NCBI GenBank assembly: GCA_963803805.1
Contig: CAWDOD010000007.1
Location: 32,001-96,000 of the forward strand
Source: an uncultured cyanobacterium
Lineage (GTDB): Bacteria > Cyanobacteriota > Cyanobacteriia > Cyanobacteriales > CAWCAG01
Direction of reading: 5' to 3'
Length of the DNA stretch: 64,000 nt
The notes under the pieces were generated by a model. That model had not been told where the DNA came from. It did not search any database and worked only from the letters and a program-made list of their open reading frames with translations. Below are positions 40,779-50,979 of the stretch, piece by piece (position 1 is the first letter of the stretch; the number at the start of each line of letters is the position of its first letter). The position numbers were made by a program, and so were the translations under genes.

Positions 40779-41924
40779 GTGAGCGGAGGCGTATACCTCA
40801 TTCAGGAGGAAGACCAACTGGTTGAAATGGCTGAAAAACCCTATGACTCCGAAGCTTTATTGCAAGAACTCCTGGAGAGCAATCCTGGTTTACTAGCCGT
40901 AAACCGTAGAGAAGGAGCAGCTTTGAAGCCCTGGCTTTTAGTTAGGCGTAATGTAACTAACACCACCGAAGATACAATATCGGAGCGCTGGTCACTTAAT
41001 CATCTCTTTCTTGACCAGCAAGCTACTCCTACCTTGGTGGAAGTCAAAAGTAGCGACGATTCTGGTGTTCGTAGGGCAGCCATTGGCCAAATGCTTGATT
41101 ATGCTGCTAATGCCTCGGTTTATTGGCCCGTTGAATCAATTTTGACCCAATTTGAAGCTAACTGCCGGGATCAAAATCGTGACCCCGAAGATGTCTTTGA
41201 ATCTTTTCTGGGTATCAACGCTGATGAAGAAAAATTTTGGCAACAGGTCAAAACCAACTTTCAAGCGGGTAAAGTTCGCCTCATTTTTGTCGCCGATCAT
41301 ATTTCTGCTGAGTTACAGCGAGTGGTGGAATTTCTTAATAAGCAAATGGACCCGGCTGAAATTCTTGCCCTAGAAATCAAGCAGTATGCTAGCCAAAATA
41401 ACGACCTCAAAACCTTAGTTTGTAAAGTTATTGGTCAAACCGCAGAAGCACAGCAAAGAAAGACCAGAACAACCCTTGACCGCAGACAGTGGGACGAAAA
41501 TTCTTTCTTCGCAGAATACGAAATTCGCTATGGTAAGGATGAGGCGGATATTGCCAAGAAAATTTACCTCTGGGCCATTAACCAAGAGCCAAATATGGTC
41601 GTACAATGGGTGACGGGAGATGCCTATGGTGGATTTGCCGTGAAGCTTACTTGCCCAGGTAAAAAAGAGAGCAAACTGTTTTTTGTGGGCATTGATGGGG
41701 CTTTAGAAATCTCCTCTGATGCCTATGCGGATTTGCCACCTTTTGATCATCAAAATGAGTGGTTAGAGTTAAGAAATCAACTTAGTTCTATTGGTTTAGC
41801 CTTGCCCACTGAACCTAGTCAAAGAAGATTACCTAACTTTTTGTTATCCACATTGCCAGAAGGAGAAAATCTTACTCAAGTATTGACGACATTTGACTGG
41901 GTGGTTAATAGAGTTAACTGCTGA
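40779..41924 (+). CDS. PD-(D/E)XK restriction-endonuclease-fold protein (NucS-like N-terminus)
   Basis: SEALLQELL, HLFLD..TPTLVEVK and GQMLDYA motifs. Confidence 0.65.
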   Translation: MSGGVYLIQEEDQLVEMAEKPYDSEALLQELLESNPGLLAVNRREGAALKPWLLVRRNVTNTTEDTISERWSLNHLFLDQQATPTLVEVKSSDDSGVRRAAIGQMLDYAANASVYWPVESILTQFEANCRDQNRDPEDVFESFLGINADEEKFWQQVKTNFQAGKVRLIFVADHISAELQRVVEFLNKQMDPAEILALEIKQYASQNNDLKTLVCKVIGQTAEAQQRKTRTTLDRRQWDENSFFAEYEIRYGKDEADIAKKIYLWAINQEPNMVVQWVTGDAYGGFAVKLTCPGKKESKLFFVGIDGALEISSDAYADLPPFDHQNEWLELRNQLSSIGLALPTEPSQRRLPNFLLSTLPEGENLTQVLTTFDWVVNRVNC

Positions 41925-41943
41925 ACAAAAAAAGAGTAAATCA

Positions 41944-43742
41944 ATGGTGCTTGATAATCGTCATAAGTTCTCCTTTCGTATTGGGATTGCCATCACCTTA
42001 ATCTTTTGTAGCTTCACCTTAATTACCTGTAAAAAGCAACCTGAACAAATGAAAGTATCAACGGAAAAACTTCTTAGTGATCCTTTCTTGCAACTACCAC
42101 AACAAGATTCAGTACGAGTAGTCTGGTTTACTGAATTTGAGGGTTCCCGCCACTATGTTAGTTATGGAGAAGATACTCAAAAGCAGGTAGAGGCTACCAC
42201 AACAAAGCTAACTTATTTGCAAGAAGATCAAAAATCATTTGTTGGGGAGCAAACAGAAGAAGAGAAGATTTATCAAAAACCCCAAAAGCGAGATATTTGG
42301 CGGCATGAAGCAGAAGTTATAGAATTAGAACCCAATATTTCTCAACCTTACTCCGTTACTAGTGTAGATGCAGAAGGAGGGGCCGTTAGCAGCGAAACCT
42401 TTACCCTCGCCCCCAAACCTCAACCGGGAACTCCTCTCAAAATTCTTCTTACCTCAGATCATCAATCAAAACCAATGGTCGCTGCTAACTTAGAAAAAGT
42501 AGAACAAACCGTCGGTAAAGTTGATGGTATTTTTTTTGCTGGAGATTTGGTTAATATTCCTGATCGGGCTTCTGAGTGGTTTGATGACAATCGTGGAGGA
42601 GCCTTTTTCCGGCCCTCCAAGGACGGGCTAGTTATGAGTTGACTACCAGTGGCGCTAAAATTCGCTATCAAGGGGGGCAATTATTACAAAACGCTCCTTT
42701 ATATACAGCCATTGGCAATCATGAGGTTATGGGGCGTAGGGATGCTGAAGTAGGCTTAAATGAGCAATTCGAGGCTACCTTACCTCGTTTCATTGCTGAG
42801 AAAACTTATTTACGGCAAAAGGCAAAAGTTAATCCTCAAGATGATTCTCAAATCAAAGCCAATTGGATGGAAGCTAATTCTTTCAACACCGAAACTTACC
42901 AAGAACTTTTCAGCTTACCAACTAGTAAACCAGGAAAAGAAAAATATTATGCTGTCACTTTCGGCGATGTCCGTTTAGTTGTGTTATACGCCACGAGAAT
43001 TTGGAGAGTACCTGGTTTAAACCCGAAAAAGAAAGGTAAATACCGAGAGGTTGAACAAGATTTGTCTAGTCCTAAGCAATGGGGTTATGGTCAACATATC
43101 TTTGAAGCAATTCAAAAAGGTTCCAATCAATATCAATGGTTAGAGTCGGAGTTACAAAGTCCTGAATTTACCCAGGCTAAATACAAAATAGTTATGTTTC
43201 ACCATCCTCCCCATAGTTTAGGGGAAAATGTTGTTCCTGCTTTTACAGATCCTGTACAAATAGTTGAGCAAAACAAAGCCGAAGAAGTTATGGGGGTACG
43301 CTACGAATATCCCCAGAAACAAGACCATTTACTGCGGGATATTGTACCTTTATTAGAAGAAGCTGGGGTGCAACTTGTTCATTATGGCCATTCCCATTTA
43401 TGGAATCGTTTTGTTAGTCCCCAGGGAATGCACTTTTTAGAAACTTCTAACGTGGGTAACAGTTATGGAGCTTATTTGGGTGATAATAAGCGTAAAATCC
43501 CTGAAGGTTATCAAGAAAACTATGCCGCTACTGGTGATCCTGGTGGCTTGGAAGCTGTAGTTCCTAATCTTGCTCCTTTAAAAGATGAGACGGGGAAGGC
43601 TTTGCCTTATATTGCTAGTAATGAGATTACAGTTTTTAGTATCTTAGATACGGGGGAAGGTACAATAACTAGCTACTATTTTGATACTCGTAAACCAGAA
43701 TCAGAAGTTGTTAAGTTTGATCAGTTTCTTCTCTCAAATTGA
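41944..43742 (+). pseudogene. Secreted calcineurin-like metallophosphoesterase, split by a frameshift at about 42606
   Basis: TSDHQ and AGDLV lie in ORF 41893-42642; GNHE, FHHP and GHSH lie in ORF 42639-43742. One extra T in the T5 run joins them. Confidence 0.8.
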
Positions 43743-43839
43743 TGAGTAAATTTATATTCTTAATAGTTGGGGTAGTTATGCCGGAGTAGAAATTCCCTCT
43801 ATTCCCTACTTCCTACTCCCCTTAAAAAATGACTGCCGA

Positions 43840-44934
43840 ATGACTGCCGATCGTCTTCTTTCTAGTTATAATTATTTTCTGCCAAAAGAACTAATTGCTC
43901 AAACACCGATTGTTCCTAGAGATAGTTCTCGTTTACTGGTAGTTGATTCTCCGACAACTCACCACCATAGCCACTTCAAAAATCTAACGGACTGGTTACG
44001 CCCTGGGGATCTTTTGGTTCTCAATAATACCCGTGTAATTCCTGCTCGTCTTTATGGTAACAAGTCTACAGGCGCTCCGGTAGAAGTCTTGTTATTGAAA
44101 GAAGAAGCAGATAATATTTGGCTGAGTTTGGTTAAACCAGGCAAGCGTTTCAAATTGGGAACGGAAATTATTTTTACTCCTCAACAGGACAATGGGGAAA
44201 ATCTATTTTTAAAGGCAAAAGTAATTGATCGCGATGCTACTACAGGAGGAAGAAAGTTACAGTTTTATTTTCCTTCTCAATACAATTTCTCAGAAATTCT
44301 CCCTAAATTTGGCCATCTACCTTTACCTCCTTATATCACCTCCGGAGCATCGCAACCAGGTCAATATCAAACAGTTTATGCTCAACAACCAGGGGCAGTG
44401 GCAGCCCCCACTGCCGGTTTACACTTCACTAAAGAGCTTTTAGAGAATTTAAGGACTGTAGGCATCCAACAAGCTTATCTAACTCTGCACGTCGGCGTAG
44501 GGACATTTCGTCCGGTGGAAGTTGAAGATATTACTAGCCACAAAATGCACCAAGAATGGCTAGAAATTCCCCCAACTACCATAGAAACAATTAAAGAAAC
44601 TAAAGCCCGTGGTGGTCGAATTATTGCTGTAGGGACGACGGTGGTACGAGCATTAGAAGGTGCTGCTGCGGAGGCTGATAATAGCCTAATAGAGCCTTTT
44701 TGTGGTCAAACAGACTTATTTATTTATCCAGGCTATTCTTTCAAGGTAGTAGAGGGTTTAATTACTAACTTCCACTTACCAGGTTCTAGTTTATTGATGT
44801 TAGTAGCGGCTTTAATAGGACGCGAACACTTATTCACTTTATATGAGGGAGCGATGACCGAGCAATATCGCTTCTATTCTTTTGGTGATGCTATGTTGAT
44901 TTTACCTGAAGCAGCCTTGAAATCAAAGACTTAG
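43840..44934 (+). CDS. queA: S-adenosylmethionine:tRNA ribosyltransferase-isomerase
   Basis: LPKELIAQ, NNTRVIPARL, AAPTAGLHF, LHVGVGTF, TNFHLP and YRFYSFGDAM motifs. Confidence 0.97.
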   Translation: MTADRLLSSYNYFLPKELIAQTPIVPRDSSRLLVVDSPTTHHHSHFKNLTDWLRPGDLLVLNNTRVIPARLYGNKSTGAPVEVLLLKEEADNIWLSLVKPGKRFKLGTEIIFTPQQDNGENLFLKAKVIDRDATTGGRKLQFYFPSQYNFSEILPKFGHLPLPPYITSGASQPGQYQTVYAQQPGAVAAPTAGLHFTKELLENLRTVGIQQAYLTLHVGVGTFRPVEVEDITSHKMHQEWLEIPPTTIETIKETKARGGRIIAVGTTVVRALEGAAAEADNSLIEPFCGQTDLFIYPGYSFKVVEGLITNFHLPGSSLLMLVAALIGREHLFTLYEGAMTEQYRFYSFGDAMLILPEAALKSKT

Positions 44935-45004
44935 AAAGTGAAAAGTGCTTAAAAAACCGACTATTATAATCTTTAAATATTAACGATTATAAGTATTTGG
45001 TTTT

Positions 45005-46687
45005 ATGTTTTCAGGGAAGGCAAAGGCTCTTTTAATCCAGGCTACATTTTTCTTTCTTACTCTTTTTTTAGGAGCAGTTCAAGCTTGGAATCACCGTTAC
45101 AGCTTATCTACAGGAGATGCGGTTTCTTACTTAGATATTGGTGATGCTTATTGGCGAGGTGATTGGTCAGCGGCTATTAACGATTATTTTAGTCCCCTTT
45201 ATTGTTGGATTTTGGGCTTTTTTATTAAAGTAATCAATCCGGGAATCTACTGGGAATTCTTGACCGTAAAAATCACCAATTTGTTTATTCTTTTGTGTGG
45301 TTTCTTGACCTTTAGCTTTTGTCTAAAAGAATTCATCCATTACTACGAATTTAGAATTAAGCAAAATCAAACAGAGAAATATTTACAAATCCCTCAAGAG
45401 ATTTGGTTAATATCAGGATATAGCTTGTTTATTTGGTCAGCTTTACAATGGATTGGCGTTGACAACGACACTCCTGATCTTTGTGTGGCGACGATAACTT
45501 ATTTAGCGGCCGGTTTAATTTTAAGAATTTATACTCGCTCAGATAGTTGGTACAATTTCATCTTCTTGGGAGTAGTTTTAGGAATTGGCTATTTAGCAAA
45601 AGCAATTATGTTTCCTATGGCCTTAATTTTCCTGGGAACTTGCTTTTTCTGTGTTGGGAGTGTGCATCGCCCTTGGGGAAGAATTCTTGTGGCTAGTCTC
45701 GTTTTTCTGCTTGTGGCGGGGCCTTTCATTTTTGCCATCTCCCAAAAATCCGGTAGTTTTACCTTTGGTAGTGCAGGGAAACTCAACTACGCTTGGAACA
45801 TAAGTCACAATATTGGGAACCATCATTGGCAAGGAGAACCACCTGGTAGTGGAACCCCAGAACACCCTACTAGAGTGATTTTTACTGAACCCACAGTTTA
45901 TGAATTCGCCACACCAATCGCCGGAACCTATCCTCCTTGGCATGATCCCTCCTACTGGAATAGCGGTTTGCAACCCAGATCTAATCTTCGCCGCCAAATG
46001 GCTGAGGTTGCTAGTCATACTTGGGAGTGTTATCAAATTTTTGGTAAATACTTGCTTTTTGGCTACTTAATCTTCCTTATTGCCAGTGGTGACTTTTGGC
46101 TTCAGGGACGAGAATTGCTAAAAAACTGGCCACTATACATTCCTGCCTGTGCAGGGTTAGGAGCGTTACTTTTAGTTCATATTAGACCAAGATTGATAGC
46201 TAGTTTTGTCGTACTTTTATTTGCCGCTTTTTTTGGTAGTTTACGCTTAGCTAACAATCAACAAGTAAAAAAATTTGTTATTGGCATTACTCTAGGAGTT
46301 TGCTTATTGACCCTTAGCAGTTTGAGCAATATTTCTGATATTGCTGGAGAACCTATTCATTGGAAAATAGCTCAAGGTTTAGAAAAACTAGGAGTTACAA
46401 ATGGAGAACAAATTGCTATTTTAGGGAAATATGGAGATGGTAGTTCCTATTATTGGGCTAGATTAGCAAAGGTAAAGATAGTTGCGGAAATTCCAGAAAT
46501 TGCTAGTTTTTGGAGTGCAGATGTCACCACCAGGGAACAAATCTATCAAGATGTAAAAGATGTAGGAGCAAAGTTAATTGTTCAAGAAGTTGGTACAAAA
46601 CCTTCTGAAGATAGTAACTGGCAACAAATCAGTAACACTAACTGCTACCTCCATTTCTTAACCAAACTCAAAGACCCCGAATCATGA
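45005..46687 (+). CDS. Polytopic membrane protein, probable GT-C fold glycosyltransferase
   Basis: DAVSYLD in the first loop, YFSPLY, TPD and GIGYLAK motifs; about 11 TMs; overlaps the GT2 start (ATGA). Confidence 0.6.
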   Translation: MFSGKAKALLIQATFFFLTLFLGAVQAWNHRYSLSTGDAVSYLDIGDAYWRGDWSAAINDYFSPLYCWILGFFIKVINPGIYWEFLTVKITNLFILLCGFLTFSFCLKEFIHYYEFRIKQNQTEKYLQIPQEIWLISGYSLFIWSALQWIGVDNDTPDLCVATITYLAAGLILRIYTRSDSWYNFIFLGVVLGIGYLAKAIMFPMALIFLGTCFFCVGSVHRPWGRILVASLVFLLVAGPFIFAISQKSGSFTFGSAGKLNYAWNISHNIGNHHWQGEPPGSGTPEHPTRVIFTEPTVYEFATPIAGTYPPWHDPSYWNSGLQPRSNLRRQMAEVASHTWECYQIFGKYLLFGYLIFLIASGDFWLQGRELLKNWPLYIPACAGLGALLLVHIRPRLIASFVVLLFAAFFGSLRLANNQQVKKFVIGITLGVCLLTLSSLSNISDIAGEPIHWKIAQGLEKLGVTNGEQIAILGKYGDGSSYYWARLAKVKIVAEIPEIASFWSADVTTREQIYQDVKDVGAKLIVQEVGTKPSEDSNWQQISNTNCYLHFLTKLKDPES

Positions 46688-47643
46688 CCAAACTGATTAT
46701 TCAAATTCCTTGCTACAACGAGGAAGCAACTCTGGGACTTACTCTTTCAGAATTACCTCGCCAAGTTCCAGGGGTGGATATTGTAGAGTGGTTAATTATC
46801 AATGATGGTAGCGTAGACCAGACTGTGGAGGTTGCTACAGACAACGGTGTAGACCATGTTGTTAGCTTTACCCACAATCAAGGTTTAGCCAAAGGATTTA
46901 TGGCAGGCATAGAAGCTTGCCTTAAAGAAGGTGCAGATATTATTGTTAATACCGATGCTGATAACCAATACTGTGCTGCTGATATTCCTAAGTTAGTTGA
47001 ACCAATCCTGAGAGGGGAGGCGGATATAGTTATTGGGGCAAGACCGATACAAAGTATTAAACATTTTTCCCCCATCAAAAAATTCTTACAAAAACTAGGC
47101 AGTTGGGCAGTTAGGGTTGCGAGTAATACTAAAGTAGCCGATGCACCAAGTGGTTTCCGCGCCATCAGTCGCAAAGCAGCCTTGGAGTTAAATGTTTTTA
47201 ATGAATATACCTACACCTTAGAAACCATTATTCAAGCTGGACAAAAAGGTATGGCAGTGGTTTCAGTACCGATTCGGACTAATGGTTTCTTGCGGCCTTC
47301 CCGCCTGGTGAAAAGCATTTTCGCCTATGTTAGGCGTTCTTTGTTCACCATTATTAGGATATTTTTAACCTATCGACCTCTACAGTTTTTTACCCTCCTA
47401 GCTAGCTTTCCCGCTTTTTTAAGTTTTCTACTTTGTCTACGTTGGTTAATGCTGTTTATATTCGTAGATGGCACTAGAGGCAGAGTCCCTAGCTTGCTAT
47501 TAGCAGCCGTTTTAATTCTCGTTGCCTTTCAACTATTATTATTTGGTTTTATCGCCGACTTAATGGCTGTTAATCGTAAGATGCTCGAAGATGTGCAACT
47601 CAGGTTACGAAAAGCAGAAATAGATCGAAGTCAGAAGAGGTGA
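46684..47643 (+). CDS. GT2 polyprenol-phosphate glycosyltransferase (DPM1/GtrB-like)
   Basis: IPCYNEE, INDGS, DAD and SGFRA motifs; two C-terminal TMs. Confidence 0.9.
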   Translation: MTKLIIQIPCYNEEATLGLTLSELPRQVPGVDIVEWLIINDGSVDQTVEVATDNGVDHVVSFTHNQGLAKGFMAGIEACLKEGADIIVNTDADNQYCAADIPKLVEPILRGEADIVIGARPIQSIKHFSPIKKFLQKLGSWAVRVASNTKVADAPSGFRAISRKAALELNVFNEYTYTLETIIQAGQKGMAVVSVPIRTNGFLRPSRLVKSIFAYVRRSLFTIIRIFLTYRPLQFFTLLASFPAFLSFLLCLRWLMLFIFVDGTRGRVPSLLLAAVLILVAFQLLLFGFIADLMAVNRKMLEDVQLRLRKAEIDRSQKR

Positions 47644-47742
47644 TAATTGCTAATTGCTAGTTGCTAATTGCTAAAAAAATTATAGCCCCATCATTTTTAG
47701 TAAACAATCGCTTCCTACTCCCTGCTCCCTATTCTACCTAAT

Positions 47743-49206
47743 ATGAACGAAACAAAAATCAGCAACCGAGACTTATCTAAAATGTTATTAGCTCTTGGTG
47801 TTGGCATCACCCTGATTTACTTAGCTTTCCTTAAACCAGGAATTTGGGGTCATGATGGTAATGATATGCTCCAAGTTTCCATCTCCTTGATCACTAAAGG
47901 AAGTTTTGCTTTACCAGATGGTTTGGGGGTGCAGGGGGCAGATGGACAATATTATTCTGTCCGCTATCCTTTGCTTTCTATTGTCGCTATACCTTTTACG
48001 GCGGTTGGTTTGGTTTTGGCTTCTGTTTTAGGCTTACCTGTTAATTATGTTGCTGGGGTTTGCGTCCTTGTTTTATCGGTGTTGTTAACGGCGGGGTGTG
48101 CAGTCTTTGTTGCCTTAATTGCTTTGCGGTTAGGAAGCAAGCCTAAATTAGCTTACCTGGCTGCATTAAGTTATGCTTTTGGCACTGTAGCTTTAGTTTA
48201 TTCACGAGAATTTTTTGCTGAACCTCTGCTTAGCTTCTTAACAGCGGCTAGCCTCTACTTAATTCTTGGTCAAAAAGTGCGATCGCAACTTAGCGCCAGT
48301 TTAATTGGTGGATTGGCTATTACTGCTAAACCGGCTGCGGTGGTTATTGGCCCACCACTATCTATTTATTTATTTGCGAAAAAACGTCCTTGGTATTTAA
48401 TTCTTGCTCCTTTAGTTAGTACAGCCATGGGCATGGGATTGTATTTCAGTTACAACTATCTCCGCTTTGGGGACTGGTTTTCTTCTGGGCAAGATGGTGG
48501 CCGCTTTGGCCCTGCTGGCTTTGGGCCACGGCTATTTGGTCAATTATTCGGTTTTGGGGCAGGAGGGGGGCTAATTTGGTACTGCCCGCCGGTAATTTTG
48601 GCTGTAGTTGGTTTTTATCAAGCAGTTAAGCACAAGAAAACCTTAGAAGCTTTAGTGGTTGTGGCTGTATTTTGCGGCTTTTGGTTGCTTCATGGTTTCT
48701 GGCGCTTTGAAGGTTGGAGTTGGGGGCCTCGCTTTATTGTCCCTACTTTACCGGGATTAATGGCTTTAGCCGCTTTAGCAGGGCATCGTTGGAAAAAAAC
48801 TCTATTAGCGCTTACCTTAATCGGTTTTTTAGCTAGCGCCCCTAGTTTAGTCTCCTTTTACCAACGCCACTACGCTGAAGCATCAGATGCGGGGATAATT
48901 CAAGAAGCTTTAGAATTGTGGATTCCTCCAGCGCAATCTCCTTTGATTCAGTCCTGGGGTGCAGGTTATCGTCAAGTACAGGCGGGATTGAACAGCGATG
49001 TAGCTAATGTTCTCAAAGATGCTGGTGCGCCACCTGCACCGGGTAGCTTAGCCACTTCACAATTATTGCAAATAGTAGCTGTTTGGTGGTGGGTTTTGCC
49101 TGCTGCGGGGATTCCTTTGTGGATTGGTTTTGTGATTGCGATTATGCTTATTGCTAGTGGAGTTTGGTTGCTTATGAAAGGTTGGGGGTATGCGAGTAAT
49201 AGCTAA
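47743..49206 (+). CDS. Polytopic membrane protein, probable lipid-carrier-dependent (GT-C) glycosyltransferase
   Basis: DGNDM first loop, YSREFFAEP, YNYLRFG and WSWGPRF motifs. Confidence 0.65.
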   Translation: MNETKISNRDLSKMLLALGVGITLIYLAFLKPGIWGHDGNDMLQVSISLITKGSFALPDGLGVQGADGQYYSVRYPLLSIVAIPFTAVGLVLASVLGLPVNYVAGVCVLVLSVLLTAGCAVFVALIALRLGSKPKLAYLAALSYAFGTVALVYSREFFAEPLLSFLTAASLYLILGQKVRSQLSASLIGGLAITAKPAAVVIGPPLSIYLFAKKRPWYLILAPLVSTAMGMGLYFSYNYLRFGDWFSSGQDGGRFGPAGFGPRLFGQLFGFGAGGGLIWYCPPVILAVVGFYQAVKHKKTLEALVVVAVFCGFWLLHGFWRFEGWSWGPRFIVPTLPGLMALAALAGHRWKKTLLALTLIGFLASAPSLVSFYQRHYAEASDAGIIQEALELWIPPAQSPLIQSWGAGYRQVQAGLNSDVANVLKDAGAPPAPGSLATSQLLQIVAVWWWVLPAAGIPLWIGFVIAIMLIASGVWLLMKGWGYASNS

Positions 49207-49367
49207 GCTGTCAGACGTTTAGATCACCTAATAGTCCTCGAAAGGATAAACTTTAGTTAATTAATATCGATGGCAGATCCATTAAAGTCTTTATTTGAAG
49301 CGATCGCTGAAGCAAAAAGCAACTGCAAATTATTTAAAGGGGATAGGGAAATCTGGGGAATTTATTC

Positions 49368-50924
49368 ATGGCAAAATTGACTAGCAAGGCTGCTTTAATA
49401 CTGAGCGTATTAACACTCACTACTTGGAGAGGAGAAGCAACTCAAGCGGCTGAACCCAGCTTAGGAAGTTCTTTCACCCAGTGGTGTCTCCAGAAAGATA
49501 ATTTGTCAACTGGAGCAATTAGAACTGTAGATGTACTGTTAGAAGAAGCAGGGACTACTGATTGTGAATCTGCTAATAACCTGTTATCAAGCCGCACCCA
49601 ACTTGACCTCAGCGACTCCGACATTATAGATGTCACGCCTTTAGCAGGGTTCACAAACTTAGAGTACCTCAATCTCAGCGATAACCAAGTTACAGATGTC
49701 ACTCCTTTAATCAGACTCACGAATTTAGAGGTACTTGACCTTGAATCTAACAAAATCACGAATGTTACTCCAATAGCCAGACTCACGAATCTATCGGGAC
49801 TCGGCCTCTATGCCAATAAAATCAGAGATGTCACGCCTTTGGCTAAACTCACAAACCTAGAGGGGCTTTACCTTGGCAATAACAAAATCAAAGAAATAAG
49901 TTCTTTAGAACCGCTTACCAACCTGAAGATACTCAATCTCAGTTTCAATGAAGCTAAAGATATCAGTCCTATAGCAAAATTTACACAACTAGAGGAACTT
50001 TACCTTTACTCTAACCAAATCTCTGATATTAATTCTCTAACAAAACTTGCCAGTTTGAAAGTCCTCAACCTTGGCGAGAATCAGATCACAGATATCAGTT
50101 CTCTAGCAAAACTGACAAATCTAGACGAACTTGACCTCAGTTATACCCAAATCAAAGATTTCAGTTCTCTAGCAAAGCTTACATATTTAGAAAAACTTAG
50201 CCTCAACGGTAATCAAATCACGAATGTCAGTTTTCTAGCAAAACTGACAAATTTAGAGATGCTTAATATTGGGGACAACAAAATTATTGATTTTGCACCT
50301 CTAACTAAACTCACAAATCTAGAGTTTCTCAATCTTTATAGCAGCCAAACTACAAATCTTGCTCCTTTAGCAGGACTCACAAATCTTAAGAAGGTTATCC
50401 TTTGGGGCAGCGAAATTACTGATATCACTTTTTTAAGGGGACTTACCGATCTAGAGTATCTTGACCTCAGCTTTAATCAAATTGAGGATATCAGTATTCT
50501 GGCAGAACTGACAAATCTGAAAGAAGTTTACCTTCCAAGAAACAAAATCACTGATATTAATTCTTTGAGGGGACTTACTAATCTTGTGTCGCTTTCCCTT
50601 GGAGAACAGAAAATTACAGATGTTACCCCTTTGGCGAGACTCATAAATCTAGAAATACTTTCCCTCAACAATAATCAAATTAAAGATGTTACGCCTTTAG
50701 CAGGACTCATAAATCTAAAGACGCTTTTCCTCAACAATAATCAAATCGCAACTGTCAGTCCTCTCTCAGAATTAACTAATCTAGAAATACTTACCCTTCA
50801 CAGCAATCAAATTACAACTGTCAGCCCTCTATCAGGATTAACCAATCTAAATCGACTTGTCATTAGGGACAATCCCGTTACACAGCCAGTTTGTCCGATT
50901 AATAAACCTGTTTGCGTCTTTTAA
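49368..50924 (+). CDS. Secreted internalin-like leucine-rich-repeat protein
   Basis: Signal peptide, Cys cap (FTQWC...TDC), and about 19 repeats of 22 aa (LTNLE.L.LS.NQI.DV.PL). Confidence 0.93.
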   Translation: MAKLTSKAALILSVLTLTTWRGEATQAAEPSLGSSFTQWCLQKDNLSTGAIRTVDVLLEEAGTTDCESANNLLSSRTQLDLSDSDIIDVTPLAGFTNLEYLNLSDNQVTDVTPLIRLTNLEVLDLESNKITNVTPIARLTNLSGLGLYANKIRDVTPLAKLTNLEGLYLGNNKIKEISSLEPLTNLKILNLSFNEAKDISPIAKFTQLEELYLYSNQISDINSLTKLASLKVLNLGENQITDISSLAKLTNLDELDLSYTQIKDFSSLAKLTYLEKLSLNGNQITNVSFLAKLTNLEMLNIGDNKIIDFAPLTKLTNLEFLNLYSSQTTNLAPLAGLTNLKKVILWGSEITDITFLRGLTDLEYLDLSFNQIEDISILAELTNLKEVYLPRNKITDINSLRGLTNLVSLSLGEQKITDVTPLARLINLEILSLNNNQIKDVTPLAGLINLKTLFLNNNQIATVSPLSELTNLEILTLHSNQITTVSPLSGLTNLNRLVIRDNPVTQPVCPINKPVCVF

Positions 50925-50979
50925 GACTAACAATAAGCTTAGTTAAAATGGCAGCTTAAGGGGATATAATGCCAACTCA

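Noticed and set aside
49560-50870. 66-bp periodic DNA as a CRISPR or tandem array
   Set aside because: The periodicity is the 22-aa leucine-rich repeat coding unit; there are no identical repeats with unique spacers and no cas genes in the window.
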